From Phoronis australis (lineage: Eukaryota; Animalia; Phoronida): DNA of 64,000 nucleotides. Positions 12,500 through 25,178 of the stretch are shown here, piece by piece. The number at the start of each line of letters is the position of its first letter. The first letter of the stretch is position 1. The translations under genes and the position numbers were made by a program. The notes beneath the pieces are model-generated. The model had not been told where the DNA came from and searched no databases. It was given only the letters and a program-made list of their open reading frames with translations. The stretch is taken from assembly GCA_002633005.1 (NCBI GenBank), contig NMRA01000137.1, positions 248,001-312,000 on the forward strand, in the 5' to 3' direction.

Positions 12500-12723
12500 T
12501 TCAAAGCATATAGAACTGGTAAAGTCACCAACCTTGATCTCAGCAAATGTCTGGCAGACAACTACAGCGACATTTGGGGATTTGTAATGAAATCACAAAA
12601 TCGAAAGGGGTCGTTTTGTTTTATAGCTCTGGTCAAAGGTAATAGCTTCAAGAAGCCCACTCTACCGGACAATAATTCACGAAAATGCGTTTTACTTCTA
12701 TGAAACGGAAGATGTCTCTTTAA
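12500..12723 (-). mobile_element. Kolobok-like element end (same family as 6430-6560)
   Basis: Ends in ...aagatgtctct|ttaa; direct homologue of 10960-11170. Confidence 0.5.
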
Positions 12724-12766
12724 AAGCGACTAACCGAAATCCCACTTAGTGCGGTCAAAGGGCCTG

Positions 12767-14434
12767 GGGCCAGTTTAATGACAACTGACTTAGGCTTGAG
12801 ACTTAAAAGTTAAGACCAAAAATTTGTCTAAGTTAAGACCGAAATGCGGTCTAAGGTAAGACTGAAGATGAAATTCCAGAAAATACAGTTTCATGGATAC
12901 AAAGTCGGGTCTCCGATCGGTCTTCACCTAGACATATGTTAAGCCGGTTTTTAACAAAGGTGAGCACACAAACTACGCTTTTGCCACATGTTGCGAATTC
13001 AAAAAATAAGCGAAGCGGTGTGCGAAATACGGCTTCAAAAATATTCGTGGTAATAAAACTCTAAATGGTAGTTTATTGACATTTGGGACACCATTGGGAC
13101 CTCGTTTGATGGAGAAGACCTTACTATGGCTGGAAAATGTAATAAATGTGCCAGTAAGTCGCACAACATTGTCTCTACGGCATTTGGCAGACGTTAGATT
13201 ACAAAATATATCAATGAAATTTATTCCTCAACAGTTTTCATTGCTATCACTCCTAACTCTGAACTGTCTTTTAATAATTAAGACTAAAAGAACAATCTCA
13301 AGCCAACTCTACAGCAGGCCGAGACGTTAGTGTGACAATTAAAATTCAAAACTTTTGAACACTCGTGAGGTCTTGTCTAGTTTCATTTTCAGTGACATTT
13401 CAAGACCAGTCACAATGGTAAAAAACAAGTATTTAACAACTTTGAAACCTATTTGCGTTCTATTTAATGTCTACAATCCACACGACACTGTCGAATTCAG
13501 CTATTAACGCATAATACCCAAGTAACCGATATATTTAATCGTTGAACATGTTTTCAAACTTGAAGGTATTGACTAAACGCCGCCATCACGCTCAAAATAA
13601 CTGATAGTTATCTCCCCCATTTGCCCATGACTAAGCTTATTTTACGTCTTAAGCAGACGAATCAGACGGAGTGAGTGAAGCATATTTTGGATAAATGTGA
13701 GCTGTATACGGACGAAAGAATTTCGTTGTCTTGGTATTCCTACAATGATCGAATAAAGAGGAAAAAACGGTTTTCGGAGGAATGCACTTCGACTGATTCG
13801 CTACCGAGGAACGTAGTGTTTCAGTCAACCAGTTCCCGATGACACATTGTTGGCTTCGTGTGACGTAATAGGACACCACGTGGAAAGTTTCCTTGGCTTT
13901 TTAAAATTTGATCATCAAGTTTCGTCCTGTGTAACACAGTCGGTCTTTAGTCTCAATTTGAACCGTAATGGTCAGGTATCGATAAATGGCATTACAGCTT
14001 GTCGAGCAACGTCAAAACGGGTATTTATATGCGACATTGGTGAGTCGCAAGGAAAATTGCAATATAGTTCACTTGTAAAAATACTTGTATAGCTGGAAAA
14101 TATCGCTTCAGATTCAGGTGAGTCACAATGTATTTGTTTCTACCGTGCTTTACCGGTTCCCCAGCCGAAAGCTGACGATGTTTGAACGACTTGACATTGT
14201 TGTGAATGGGGCCATTTAAGTGTAAAACAAAGCTAAGAATATCGACAAAATTTGTTCCTCAACAGTTCGCAGTGATGTCAGTTATAATCTTTTGTCATTT
14301 ACACCGATAATCCGATCTTAAACCCATGTTTCGTTCTTAATTTAGCCCAAATTCGGTCTCAATTTTGGTCTCGAAAACGAGGCCAAGACAGATAAGTCTC
14401 AAGTTAGTCCGACTTGGGCCATGAAACGGGCCCC
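12767..14434. mobile_element. PIF/Harbinger-type non-autonomous element
   Basis: Termini GGGCCAGTTTAATG...cttgagactt and aagtctcaag...CATGAAACGGGCCCC, with CTG/CAG (CWG) flanks and subterminal 'ttaagacc' repeats. No ORF. Confidence 0.65.
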
Positions 14435-17400
14435 CAGATTTAGAACAGCAGGCCTAGTAAGTGCCCTGAATCAAGTTATTTTTGACAGTTTGTGGGCAGG
14501 CTTATAACCGCCTTAAAAATGTGTCAGGGAAATATTTTCAGGTGAAACGCCTGTTGGTCCCCTATTAAGTGAGCTTAAATATATATTTTTAACAAAGCTT
14601 CAGGAATCAACGAAGAATCTGTCACTATATGGCCTCAACTTGTTCATTACTCTGGTTAAAGGTGATGCTTCATTTACTGTTTGATAGGCACAACTTCTTC
14701 CCTCGACCACAAACGAGTTCTAATCTAAGTCAGTTGAACAGGTGCAGTCATTTTTGTGAAGGGAAACGGTCAAACTCAGTTTCATTTTCTGTGAGAGTGG
14801 AAGAATGGTTCAACACTGCCCACTTCATGCATTGAGCGCCTGTGTACTTTTCATATAATGATTTCCGTGAGTTTGTTTGGTTTCAAAAATGACCTGTGTT
14901 AGCGAGGGTCAGTCAAACTGAGTGGTTTATTCACATTTGCAAGCATAACAAGAAAATTTCCATTTTACGTAATAATTATTGTATAGAATTAGGAATACGT
15001 TAAAAATAAACAAACTTTAACAAAACCTATTTTTGCATGTTACGTCAATGGACTACCCATTTCTGAAAGACTTTCACGGTTTGCTTTAGGGGAACCAAAA
15101 ATGTAGGAAATGTAACATATTTGATGGTTCCGGGGCTTACTTTCAGAAATTCTGTGTTCTCATCCGGAATAAAGCACTGAAGTGATGCTCACGCAAAGAC
15201 AAATGAATTGTTTGCATGTGTTTAATTACATAGCGGAGGAAAATCAATCAGTACCGGATTTCTAATTTTGACTTGTATTGAAAAACAACATCAAAATACA
15301 AGCGTTGATGTAAATGCCACTTACCTTTATTTGACGCCTAGTTCGTTGAATTCGCCGATTTTACGATTTAGAGTTATAGCTCGACAACGACACGTTAAGA
15401 CTCAATACCAGCGATGAAAAACGTTGACCGTTCCTTAGACCTACGGCGAGTAGTCAGAACCGTCATTTTTCGTGGCAACTGATGCACCCGTGTTAAAATA
15501 ACTTGAGGTGTCAGCTTGTCATTTACATATTTACTGTAAACGACATCGTTTCACTATGAGGAACTGCCGCTGGAGCAAATCTGCACTGACTGTTTCTATT
15601 TCTTGGGAAACCACGCGGGAATTGGCCGATGTTGAACAGAATTTTTGCGATTAATAATTAATAAGACCCATTGTATTTAATCAATTTACACTGCGTTGCT
15701 TTGGCAACGAAGTTATACAAAGCACTGCGTGTTTCTATTGCTATAGAGAGTCAATCTATAGAAAAACAAATATTTGCTGTTGTCGCGAATGCTGGCTAAA
15801 TGGATTTGGAATTAAGCTGGCCGAAAAGGGGTCACTTTTCACAATTCATTCATTTAAGTGAAGGGTTAATTCCATTTGTTTTATATATAATAAAGGTTAA
15901 GACCGAATAAATTTCTCGTGGAATTTGACATTCGGATTTAACCCACTCATGATTTCGAGCACCTATACATTAAATACATTTTCTCGTCTGTGAATTCACT
16001 GACTAGATTTTCAAATTAAAGACGGGTTTACGTTATCTTTAATAAAAGTATCCAGCTTGGTTTAAAAAACGACAAAATGAAGTACAAAGGGGGTCCCAAT
16101 TTAGTAAGTTTTCTTCAACCGGCAATTTTTAATAGTATGCCACAGGGTGTATATTCGCAAAGGGTATATTTTTACCTTTCTGTTACCCGAATTTCATGTA
16201 CACAGGGGCGCAAGGAGGCTTTCTAGGGACCTACAGACTGGAAATGTGCCAGTGACATAAATTACATGCATTGAGAACCAATGTTAAAAGTAATTGTACC
16301 ATTTGTCAAATTTATTTCGTAGTTTAACCAAAATCCTCAGAAATATATTAAGTCTTATTTCTCAGAAACTTATGTTTGTTTTATACTCCCTATCATTGTT
16401 CATTTTGGAAAACTTTACAAACCGTAGATTTTTCGATAGGAAGTATGTCTACATTCAGAAAAATGTTTGGACGTAGACGCGTTGGTTCGTATTTCTGCCA
16501 AATTGAACGGACATAAGGCATTGCCCATACGCCATATCATATCTTAACTATAATATGCAAACATTTTGACACAGACTTTGTGTCGCTCCAAATGTCGAAA
16601 GGCGACTCTTGGTCCACAAAATGTTGCAAGAAGCATTGTCGTAGTGTTTTCGCTTGTTAGTTCCCGCGCTTTATCACAAGCTGCAAAAGCCGCCATCTTG
16701 TGTCCATGCAGTTTCTATACACACTGTGTTACAAGGAATTACAATACTAGGCTACTAGCAGACGATGGATACAATCGACAAGAGAATCAATTATTGCTTG
16801 GGAAATTGTTAACGCGACGATCTTCCCCAAATCGGCCTGCAGATACTCGTTGCTAACGAAACAGATTGTTTTCCGATGAGCTTGGGACACAATACTACAG
16901 TACAGATCAACGATTTACGGAAAAACGAACAACAAATATCTGCGGTACATGAAATCATGAAAAACCGAATATGGGCTTACAAATATAGGTCGGAATATAC
17001 CAGCCTTAAGGCAAAATGAAATGAATACACCACACGGAAGTGTCGCAAATATTCCCTTTATCTTTTTTACTTGCCTGCATTCTGTATTAGCCTAAAATGA
17101 AATGCAGGCAAGCATGGTTGACCACTCATGCGACGACACAAGGAAACGTAACCACGTTATCATTACTATAATGTTATTCCCATGCGCTAGACCACCAGTG
17201 TTCGCCAACAACACTTTCACCTTACGCGTTCTACTAGTCTGAAAGAACGTTACATCGCGGCCTGTTGAATCTATTCGACATCTGAATAAAGCTCGGTTGA
17301 CATGAGTGGGTTAGTAATCTATGTATGAACTTTAGGGTCGAGTGGTGTAAAAAGAAATTACCTCCTCGTCCCTGTCTTATTGTGTTACTCCATGCAGAAA

Positions 17401-17570
17401 ACAGTTTCAGTGAAGCAGCATCGGAAATACACTGGCCTACAAGACGTACAGAGAAGAGAATAACCTGCTTCACTTGTTGTGCATGGCGATATCTTGCATT
17501 TTCGCGAGTTTTACTGGTCCAGGGAAAGCACGTATGTAGGAACTATACAGCATGAAAACCACGCCCACCA

Positions 17571-17813
17571 CATAGGCGGATTTAGGGGGGGGGGCGCCCC
17601 CCTTGGCAGTTTTTCATGTTTGACACGTTCTCCGTTTCTTTCTTTGCCTTTTTTCTTCGTTAATACTTCAGGAATCAAGGAAAATGCTTGATTTTTAGAT
17701 AAAAAAAGAAAATTTTCCCCGCATTCGGTGCTATGCGCATCTAATCGTGCTTTGCGCAAAAGTTTTCAGACAAAATGTTGGCCACCCCTTGTGATATCCT
17801 AGATCCGCCACCA
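17571..17813. mobile_element. CATAGGCGGA-type MITE (inverted relative of 56593-57550)
   Basis: Termini CATAGGCGGATTTAGG / CCTAGATCCGCCACCA; exact flanks cacca/cacca; the body matches 56593-56850 in reverse. Confidence 0.8.
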
Positions 17814-18058
17814 CACCATGGCTACCGTTGCGAAATACCACACGCAAGCGCATAGTAAATGTGACGGAATACCTCAGCATATGTACTACAACAAGATTCT
17901 TTTCAATATGTTCTCGATATTCCCCTGAAAACGTAACCAGTATGAAACTACGCAATCGTGTGCTAACATATTGAAAATAATAAGCTGAAGGCTTGTAAAT
18001 CTTAAAAGATTTGATAGAATCCGCCAGGGCCCGAGATTTAACTTCGAAATCAGAATAC

Positions 18059-18315
18059 TGTTGTGAATGTTGGTTTGTGTGGTCTCGTCTTTCGTGTTGT
18101 CTTGCGTGTTCGTGTTCGTCCGTGGGTTTCCGTCAGTGGCCGGATGTTGTAAGTTCTAGTTTTGTCACGTGACTGGGGAATCGAGAGCTCTCTCTTCGTG
18201 TGGCTCTGCTGCACGCAGGACGTCTGCGTTTGTGGGTCGGCATCTCAAGCGTGTATTCAAGCTTTCATATGAGTAGAGGTAAGCTGCACGAGAACCTGTG
18301 TATCAAGTCACAACA
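18059..18315 (+). repeat. 5' LTR
   Basis: TGTTGTGAATG...AAGTCACAACA, with terminal inverted repeat TGTTGTGA/TCACAACA. Confidence 0.95.
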
Positions 18316-18317
18316 TT

Positions 18318-18328
18318 TGGCGTAGTTG
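18318..18328 (+). promoter_or_regulatory. Primer-binding site, probably tRNA-Ser
   Basis: TGGCGTAGTTG lies 2 nt after the LTR. The 3' end of metazoan tRNA-Ser (..CCGACTACGCCA) gives the complement TGGCGTAGTCGG. Confidence 0.7.
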
Positions 18329-18606
18329 CTACGTGCAGTTTCTACCTTTACACCGAGTGGCGCGTAGTTCAAAATAATTTTCGTGGACTTGTTTTTCCTT
18401 GTTGCTCGGTACCACCCGTGTCGTAGCGTGTAGGTCACTGAACACGGCTGTTCAGCTGTTTCGCTTATTACATTCTTCATTTTTCATTTTTGTCTAGTAA
18501 ATATAATTACCATTGGTATAATTTTTATTTGGTATTGTTTCCAAGTTCAGTCTTTTCAGACCTACATTTAATTAGTGCCACACCCTTTGTGGTACCATTG
18601 CATAAC

Positions 18607-18925
18607 ATGGCGTCCAAGATTCTAATCAATTCTTGTGACGCTACAACACTGTTGGGCCTTCCGGGTATGACTACTGATGTTGCTGCTGCAGTTATGGACT
18701 TCTGAGCAATATTAGTTATTACTCCGGAGAATGTGTGCAAGATACATTCCAGTTGGAAGCCAACCAAGACTGTACAGAAGTCCATAGACTTTACAGTCCC
18801 ATGCGGTCTGCCAGAAGATTTGGAGGAAGTAGTCAAGGTTTGTGACGAATATGGTAAGAAAACCTCATCAATACTTACCTCTAGCCCTGACTATTCATTT
18901 TCCAAGTTGGCAGCTAAACTGACTC
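18607..18925 (+). pseudogene. LTR-element ORF with an N-terminal helix-hairpin-helix (HHH_3/ComEA-like) motif, one premature stop, truncated by the assembly gap
   Basis: MASKILINSCDATTLLGLPGMTTDVAAAVMDF*AILVITPENVCKIH... Track ORFs 18490..18705 and 18733..19056 are in the same frame, separated only by TGA at 18703. Confidence 0.6.
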
Positions 18926-19037
18926 NNNNNNNNNNNNNNNNNNNNNNNNNNNNNNNNNNNNNNNNNNNNNNNNNNNNNNNNNNNNNNNNNNNNNNNNNNN
19001 NNNNNNNNNNNNNNNNNNNNNNNNNNNNNNNNNNNNN
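18926..19037. other. Assembly gap (112 N)
   Basis: Run of n; true length unknown. Confidence 1.
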
Positions 19038-19045
19038 CTCGTCGA

Positions 19046-19804
19046 ATGAACTTTGACCTCCCTGACAGTAAGAAAGTAGTTGGCCTGTTAGGTTTCTTGA
19101 AAAAATCGGTTCAGAAATTCATGAAACGTACTAGTTCAACTGAGGCTTTCCTTTCCAAGACAGCTGAGTCATCTACTCAGACTGCTGGTGAGTTCTCTGT
19201 ACCTTCAACTGAAGATGATAGAACTGTATCTAATCCAGTAGATAGTATTGAAGTTTCAGACCCATCAGTTGATAAGATTGCATATGACTCATTGATTACT
19301 CAAGATGTTGCAGTTACTGTTTCACAGAATGTCCCACTAACTCCAGGGGGGCTGTCTCAGCCTGATTTCATACGAGATGTGGCAGTGAGTAGGAACGTCT
19401 GTGTCTCTCCTGCAGCGTCAATTGGTGAGTCCGTTCCAGAGACCATAAAGATTAAGAAGAGTGCACGTGCATTTCTTCCCAAAGTAGACAAATGTGTTGG
19501 AACTAGGCAAGTGATTACGAATCCTGACTCCAACCCTACACTGGCTACTCAGTCACTTTCTCCATGTGACCTTGACGAGACAGATTTCGGTCTGTCCGGC
19601 ATTTTTGCTTCAGATGGTGCAGATAATGAAAAGTTTGATCTGAAACCTGATGGCTGTTTTATTTATAACAATACAACATCTCCGAATGTTTTAAATATTT
19701 CAGCTAAACAGTCCGCAGATCCTGATTTTTCTTTCATTATTAATCGTGAGGTCACGCAACCAGCAGACCTCATGTTCTGTCCACCATTTGTTAATTTTCT
19801 GTAG
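19046..19804 (+). CDS. Ser/Thr/Asp/Pro-rich ORF of unknown function inside the LTR element, probably the continuation of the HhH ORF
   Basis: 252-aa open frame, also open back to the gap; no CCHC knuckle or pol motifs recognised. Confidence 0.5.
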   Translation: MNFDLPDSKKVVGLLGFLKKSVQKFMKRTSSTEAFLSKTAESSTQTAGEFSVPSTEDDRTVSNPVDSIEVSDPSVDKIAYDSLITQDVAVTVSQNVPLTPGGLSQPDFIRDVAVSRNVCVSPAASIGESVPETIKIKKSARAFLPKVDKCVGTRQVITNPDSNPTLATQSLSPCDLDETDFGLSGIFASDGADNEKFDLKPDGCFIYNNTTSPNVLNISAKQSADPDFSFIINREVTQPADLMFCPPFVNFL

Positions 19805-20202
19805 TAGCTTACTGTGCTACCTTGCTGTTGCTTGTTGTTTTGTGCACTATATGTTCTGTGTTCATTACTTGTTCATATGGTCCAAATGTTAATAGTTTTT
19901 TTTAAAATATATAGTACAGTAAATTCTTCTTGTTACAAGTTTAATTTTTTTTTTACCATATGTACCTTGTAACTAGTATTTTTCAAATTTTCAAGTATCC
20001 CCAGTCATGTACTTTTGTGAAGTATTTAGTTTTTTTATTGTAAATCCGGCCACATAGGTTTTAGTTACTCTAGTATTATTCGTAGTATAGTTCTTATTTT
20101 TCATAATGTATATTAGACATTGGTCAGTTTATTTTTTACTATTTCATTAGTTAAGGGGGGAGTAAAGGTTGGGTGGTGTTTTTTTGTATCATTCTTCTAT
20201 TT

Positions 20203-20216
20203 AGGGAGGGGAGGAA
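20203..20216 (+). promoter_or_regulatory. Polypurine tract
   Basis: AGGGAGGGGAGGAA directly before the 3' LTR. Confidence 0.85.
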
Positions 20217-20473
20217 TGTTGTGAATGTTGGTTTGTGTGGTCTCGTCTTTCGTGTTGTCTTGCGTGTTCGTGTTCGTCCGTGGGTTTCCGTCAGTGGCCG
20301 GATGTTGTAAGTTCTAGTTTTGTCACGTGACTGGGGAATCAAGAGCTCTCTCTTCGTGTGGCTCTGCTGCCCGCAGGACGTCTGCGTTTGTGGGTCGGCA
20401 TCTCAAGCGTGTATTCAAGCTTTCATATGAGTAGAGGTAAGCTGCACGAGAACCTGTGTATCAAGTCACAACA
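20217..20473 (+). repeat. 3' LTR
   Basis: Direct repeat of 18059-18315. Differences seen: gaatcGag/gaatcAag and ctgcAcgc/ctgcCcgc. Confidence 0.95.
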
Positions 20474-23282
20474 ATACTAAACTATTTTGACATTTTTCAT
20501 TTTTTAAGTAGGAACGTAAGCTGTTTGCATATTGCTATCTTCGTTCTTGCATTGTGTGTCGTTTCTTTCGAATGTTGTTTCACCAATGCTGTTCTTAGAC
20601 GGGTTTTAGTTGAGTTGCGGCGGAAGGCGTAGCTGTCACCCTTCCGCATCGTTGCTTACAACGACAATCGTACCAGATAAATGAGGAAAGGGCATATCCA
20701 GTCAATAAAAAATAGTAGCTGGGTGTGACTAGGAAGGACATCTATAGGGCAGGATACTAATTAGTCATTAATGACATCACTTTTTGGCCATAGAAAGATT
20801 AAAAAACGGACAATCGCCGCACAAATAAAAAAGTTCATGTTCATTCAACGTTTCGTGTATTCATGTATCGGATTCACACAGAGTCGCCTCTGATACAGGC
20901 TGTAAGAACTTAACACCTCCGACAAAAGTAACATCTATAGGCATTGTGTTAGTAACAACCACCAAGACAATCCAGTTAGTATTATTTGTAAAGAACATGC
21001 TAAGGAATTACTGTATATCAAGGAGTCATTGGCCATTCAGGACCAGCATGCTACTGATTCTCTCAATAACATGCAGAAGTCAGTGACCCTAGAGCTATGG
21101 TGCTGTCTTATTGTATGTAATTATCCTGATGATGTCTTAGGAATAGACAAAGCGTTGAATGAACATGCGGCGATTGTCCGTTTTTTATTAGTCATTAGGA
21201 GACGGACTACAGTTATTACAGGGTTTTGGCTGCTAGGTGGAGATTAGTCCTTACCTCACGTCCTTATCAAGAGTCTAAAAAACTGAAAGGTTTTGTAGCA
21301 TTCCCAACTCACAAGCACCACTCATGACACCTGAAACTTAGTTACGCTACATATTTTTAATCGGTTAATTCACATCGGAAAAAATCCCGGCATAGAAAAA
21401 TAGGCCCAAAAAACATCAAATTTGACAGTTTTCTCCCCAAAATTACAACTTCCCTGTAAGTGCTAGAAAAATCTGACTACAGATTCAGAATGCTGGTTCT
21501 CTGTAGGTTCGTTAATGTAGTCACAGTAAGCCCCTTACCAGCTGTCTTCTTGGCAATTTTGATCTGATTGACAGCCAACTGAAATCGCACCCGGCTTGGT
21601 CTCAGACAGCAGGCGACAGGGGTTCAAAGCAAACTGCAGCCGCCATTTTGCACCGAAAGTAAGTCACGGCTAAAAAAAACTTGGGTTTTCTCATTCAAAA
21701 GTACAAGCAAATCAGTTTCCTGGAAATTGTTTTCAACCCATTCCTTAACACAGCCGCCAAACCTGACACGCACACACACACCCTATATATAAATTCTGGG
21801 TGCTAGAAAATGCCCCGTGGCTTCAACTTTTCATTGCTACCTCATCGAATTTACATTGAACGTTTTCCAAGAGGCGTAACGACCCCATGGCCGAACTCAC
21901 AAATTCCGTCTACGATCTTCAAAACCCCAGTTCCGGAAAATCAGACACAGAGCCTTCAGGCCGAACCCTCCGAAACACCACACACGTGCCGAAAATGCTC
22001 CATACACGGTGACCAAACTTCAGACCCAGAGACCACACACACTCCAGTGCCCAGGACAGTCTTGGCGGTGAAGAATCTGATCCGAGGAACTGGAATTTGG
22101 TCACCGGGAATGGAACAGTTAAGGCTTTCATGTGGAGTTGAACGCGGATCTGGAGATTTGACATCGGGCTTAGTGTATGCTGGTCTGGAGCTTGTAGGAT
22201 CGTAGGTGGAATTCAGATGCACAGCCATGGAATCGTTTCTACCCCTTGTTTACAGTTAGTAATCATGACCAAAAGAAAAAAAAAACGTGCTAAGTTGGGC
22301 TGATCTTTCGTTATCTTACCAAATTCGCAATTGACCTATTACTGACCTATTTACCCATTTGAAAGGGCAATAAACCTGCGTCTCCTTTCAGAAACAATAT
22401 TTGATTTAGGTTAATCACTCTTATTATAAAATCCGTCTCATCTTCTTCTTCATCCGGATCAGAAATTATTCATAGTCTCACGAAGAATTGGAAGTTTCTT
22501 ATTCCTTCCGACCAAACCTATTAACTTGTTTGTCATGACGGGTTATATTCAATACCCCACCCAGTTTGGCCATCGGGGAAATCCCATACAATGTATAGCA
22601 ATCAATTTCAATTCAAAGGATAACAACGCGAATACGTTGTTTTGGAAGAGCAATGCGCCTGTACAGAAAATAAGTTGATGTTTTTAACTCCTGTGTCTTG
22701 GCAAAGACTCACTGCCCAACAAAATAACAATAGAAAACCGGAAACTCGGTTCTCTGTCCCAGACAGCTTGGAAACTTTTATTGAATCGGGGAATGGAGCC
22801 TTCTGCACTCCCGGATACCGAATCCTGAACTGTATTTTTGTTAAAGACGTAAGGACAGGCGTGAAAAATTAAAATTGTTGTCAAAAACTGTGTATAATTT
22901 TAGTGCAGCTAATACTTATTCATTAATATTTTCAGTCTGTTTCATGTAACTTGTAAAATTGGGTGTCTATACCTATATTTGATGGCCGATAATTACGATA
23001 AAACCATTGACTAAGTAATCACTTGTACCTGGTGGGGAATACTCGGCAAAATCAGTTTGATACTTCATTGATGGTTCACACATATGTGCACAAGACAGTA
23101 AAAATCCCTAAGGCAAAGTCGAAGTTTTAAGTCACATATTCATTGAGCAAAATTACCACACATTTTCCATAACAGGAACCACTGACTTGTTCCCGGCTTC
23201 GTACTGCTATTCCATGTCGCTTTGAATTTCGTTACTTTCCGTGAAACTTTCATCAGACAGCTGTTCATTTTCTTCTACTTAA

Positions 23283-25178
23283 AGGAGAATGTCACCCGAT
23301 TTAATTAGTCTTTTTTACCGTCTTAATCGGTCTATATCCTCTTATACGGTCGACCTTACCTAGCCGAGAGGTGTCGCGTTAACATGTGAGGAAGGTGAGA
23401 AACGACGCAGCGACGTCAGTGGTTCGCCTGCAGAGTGAATGCTGCTATACTGAGGTGCATCGTTCCCGCTTGCCCGAACTATGAAGCTGCGAAGAAAGCG
23501 GGTATATCGTTTTTTCGACTTCCTCGAGAGTCCGAAATGAATAGGAAGTGGCTCGCAGTAGTGAAGAATGAAAGGTACGCAGTTATATAGCAAGTATGAG
23601 GCCGTGAACCATCTCCGTGTCTGTGGCTGGCATTTCGGCGACAGTGATTTCTCTGACGAATTCCGGCTTAACAAAGAATTATCCATACTTTCCGTTGCCT
23701 GGGTATGTTCACGGCGCCTACCTAGTATTTCTTGATCAGTGTATTCCGGTTCGAACTGTGAAACCTAACGATCCGACCCGGCCGTGAAGTCTTCGTCGGA
23801 TGAACTCTTGACTAAGTCGGGATTAGCGCCGGCCTAGTTGCCATATAGAAGTTAATTATTCTGCATTCTAGCTGTTTCAAAATGAATTATTCTCATCCTA
23901 ACCAATGCTTATATAAAACTGAAACAAAGTCTGTCTCATTAGATACATTTTGTAATGCCTTTGGAGTATTCGCGGGTGCAAATGTTGAGAAGCCAGCAAT
24001 GAATAAACCACTGCGTTACCGGCTTTTGATGCTGGCAATAAAGATAATTGACCGGGCACCGAGGCCGTGTGAGCGCATGCTAATTCAGTGTTCGTGGACT
24101 GAAAGCTGTTGTGAAACAATTACTGGACTTTATGTGAGGGGAATCTCTATTTACAAATAGAAATACATTATTCAAATCATTGTTATTGTACAACCTTTGC
24201 CCTGACGGTCTGTGGAAGGGGAACCCGACTTCGGTTTCTTGGCTAATTCACTTAATAATTACGTGTACATTATTTCTTGGGCTCACTATTATAGTCTTTT
24301 CGTGGCTGGCGGTTTATTTTCCAAGTCAAACTGGTTTATGTTCGTGCCAGTCCTGGCGGCCGCGACGGGCCTGATCGGGTTCCAAGCCACTGGCCGGGAT
24401 AACGAGTCAGTCCGGCCGTGACGGGCTTCAGTGGCGGATTTACGGGGGGGGGGAGGGCAAGGGGGCCATGGCCCCCCTGAAATTCTACCAGATACCATTT
24501 GGGAGTTCGGGTACGCGCATGCAGGGGCTCGTCGGGGGTGCTGAACAAACCCCGTTTACCGTTTTTTTAGTCAACAGGTCAGCAACCCCAAACATTCGAG
24601 GCCTCTGTGTCCCCACATTTTAGGCTGGGCGCACGCATCTGTCGAAATTATGGTTATTCCCGTGCCCTGCCTCCCCTAACTCAAAATCCTGGTTCCGCCC
24701 CTGAGCTTGATCGGGTTCCGAGCCACTGGTCGAGATAACAAGCGTTTTGTGTGTAAACAACACATATCTAAGTTCTCCTGTCTCTATTTCACGGAAGAAT
24801 ACTTCGAATTTATCTCCGAACAGACCCCAAACTCCTGCAACGGACGTTGGTAAATTGGCCTGCCCGCGATTTTTGTAGGCTACGGTGTGTCCAAATACCA
24901 ATAAATCCGTAACAGCGAAATAAAACAACATTTTTTCGTAAGAACTGGGTGTATTTTTAAGGGTTTTACATCGAAGTTTGATGATTTGTTGGTGTTAAAC
25001 GATGAATTCAAGCGATAAGCTGGCACCATTAACCCGTGTTGTGAACTGCTGAACAGATGACGTCATTGGATAATTTCAACACCTCCGTTTGCCGTCAGGT
25101 AACGCAACCGAGCGTGCCGTAGAACTACTCGATTTAAATTGATACAACATAGGTTGTTTTTTGGGGTGGCATTCTCTC
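23283..25178 (+). mobile_element. Non-autonomous Kolobok element, family 1, copy A (most diverged; contains a nested MITE)
   Basis: TTAA|AGGAGAATGTCACCC ... GGGTGGCATTCTCTC|TTAA. THAP remnant 'RCIVPACPN..ISFFRLP..RKWLAVVK..LRVCGWHFGDSDF'. Confidence 0.85.
24429..24703. mobile_element. CAGTGGCGGA-type MITE inserted in Kolobok copy A
   Basis: Termini CAGTGGCGGATTTA / CTGGTTCCGCCCCTG; flanks ggctt/agctt. The other copies show the empty site gacgggcctgatcggg. Confidence 0.85.

Larger units (their letters stand above)
18059..20473 (+). mobile_element. Young LTR retroelement with Gypsy-type cis signals, apparently lacking pol
   Basis: Two 257-bp TG..CA LTRs with 2 mismatches seen, 4-bp TSD ATAC (18055-58 / 20474-77), PBS after the 5' LTR and PPT before the 3' LTR. 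No protease, RT, RNase H or integrase motif in the sequenced part; a 112-N gap lies inside. Confidence 0.93.
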
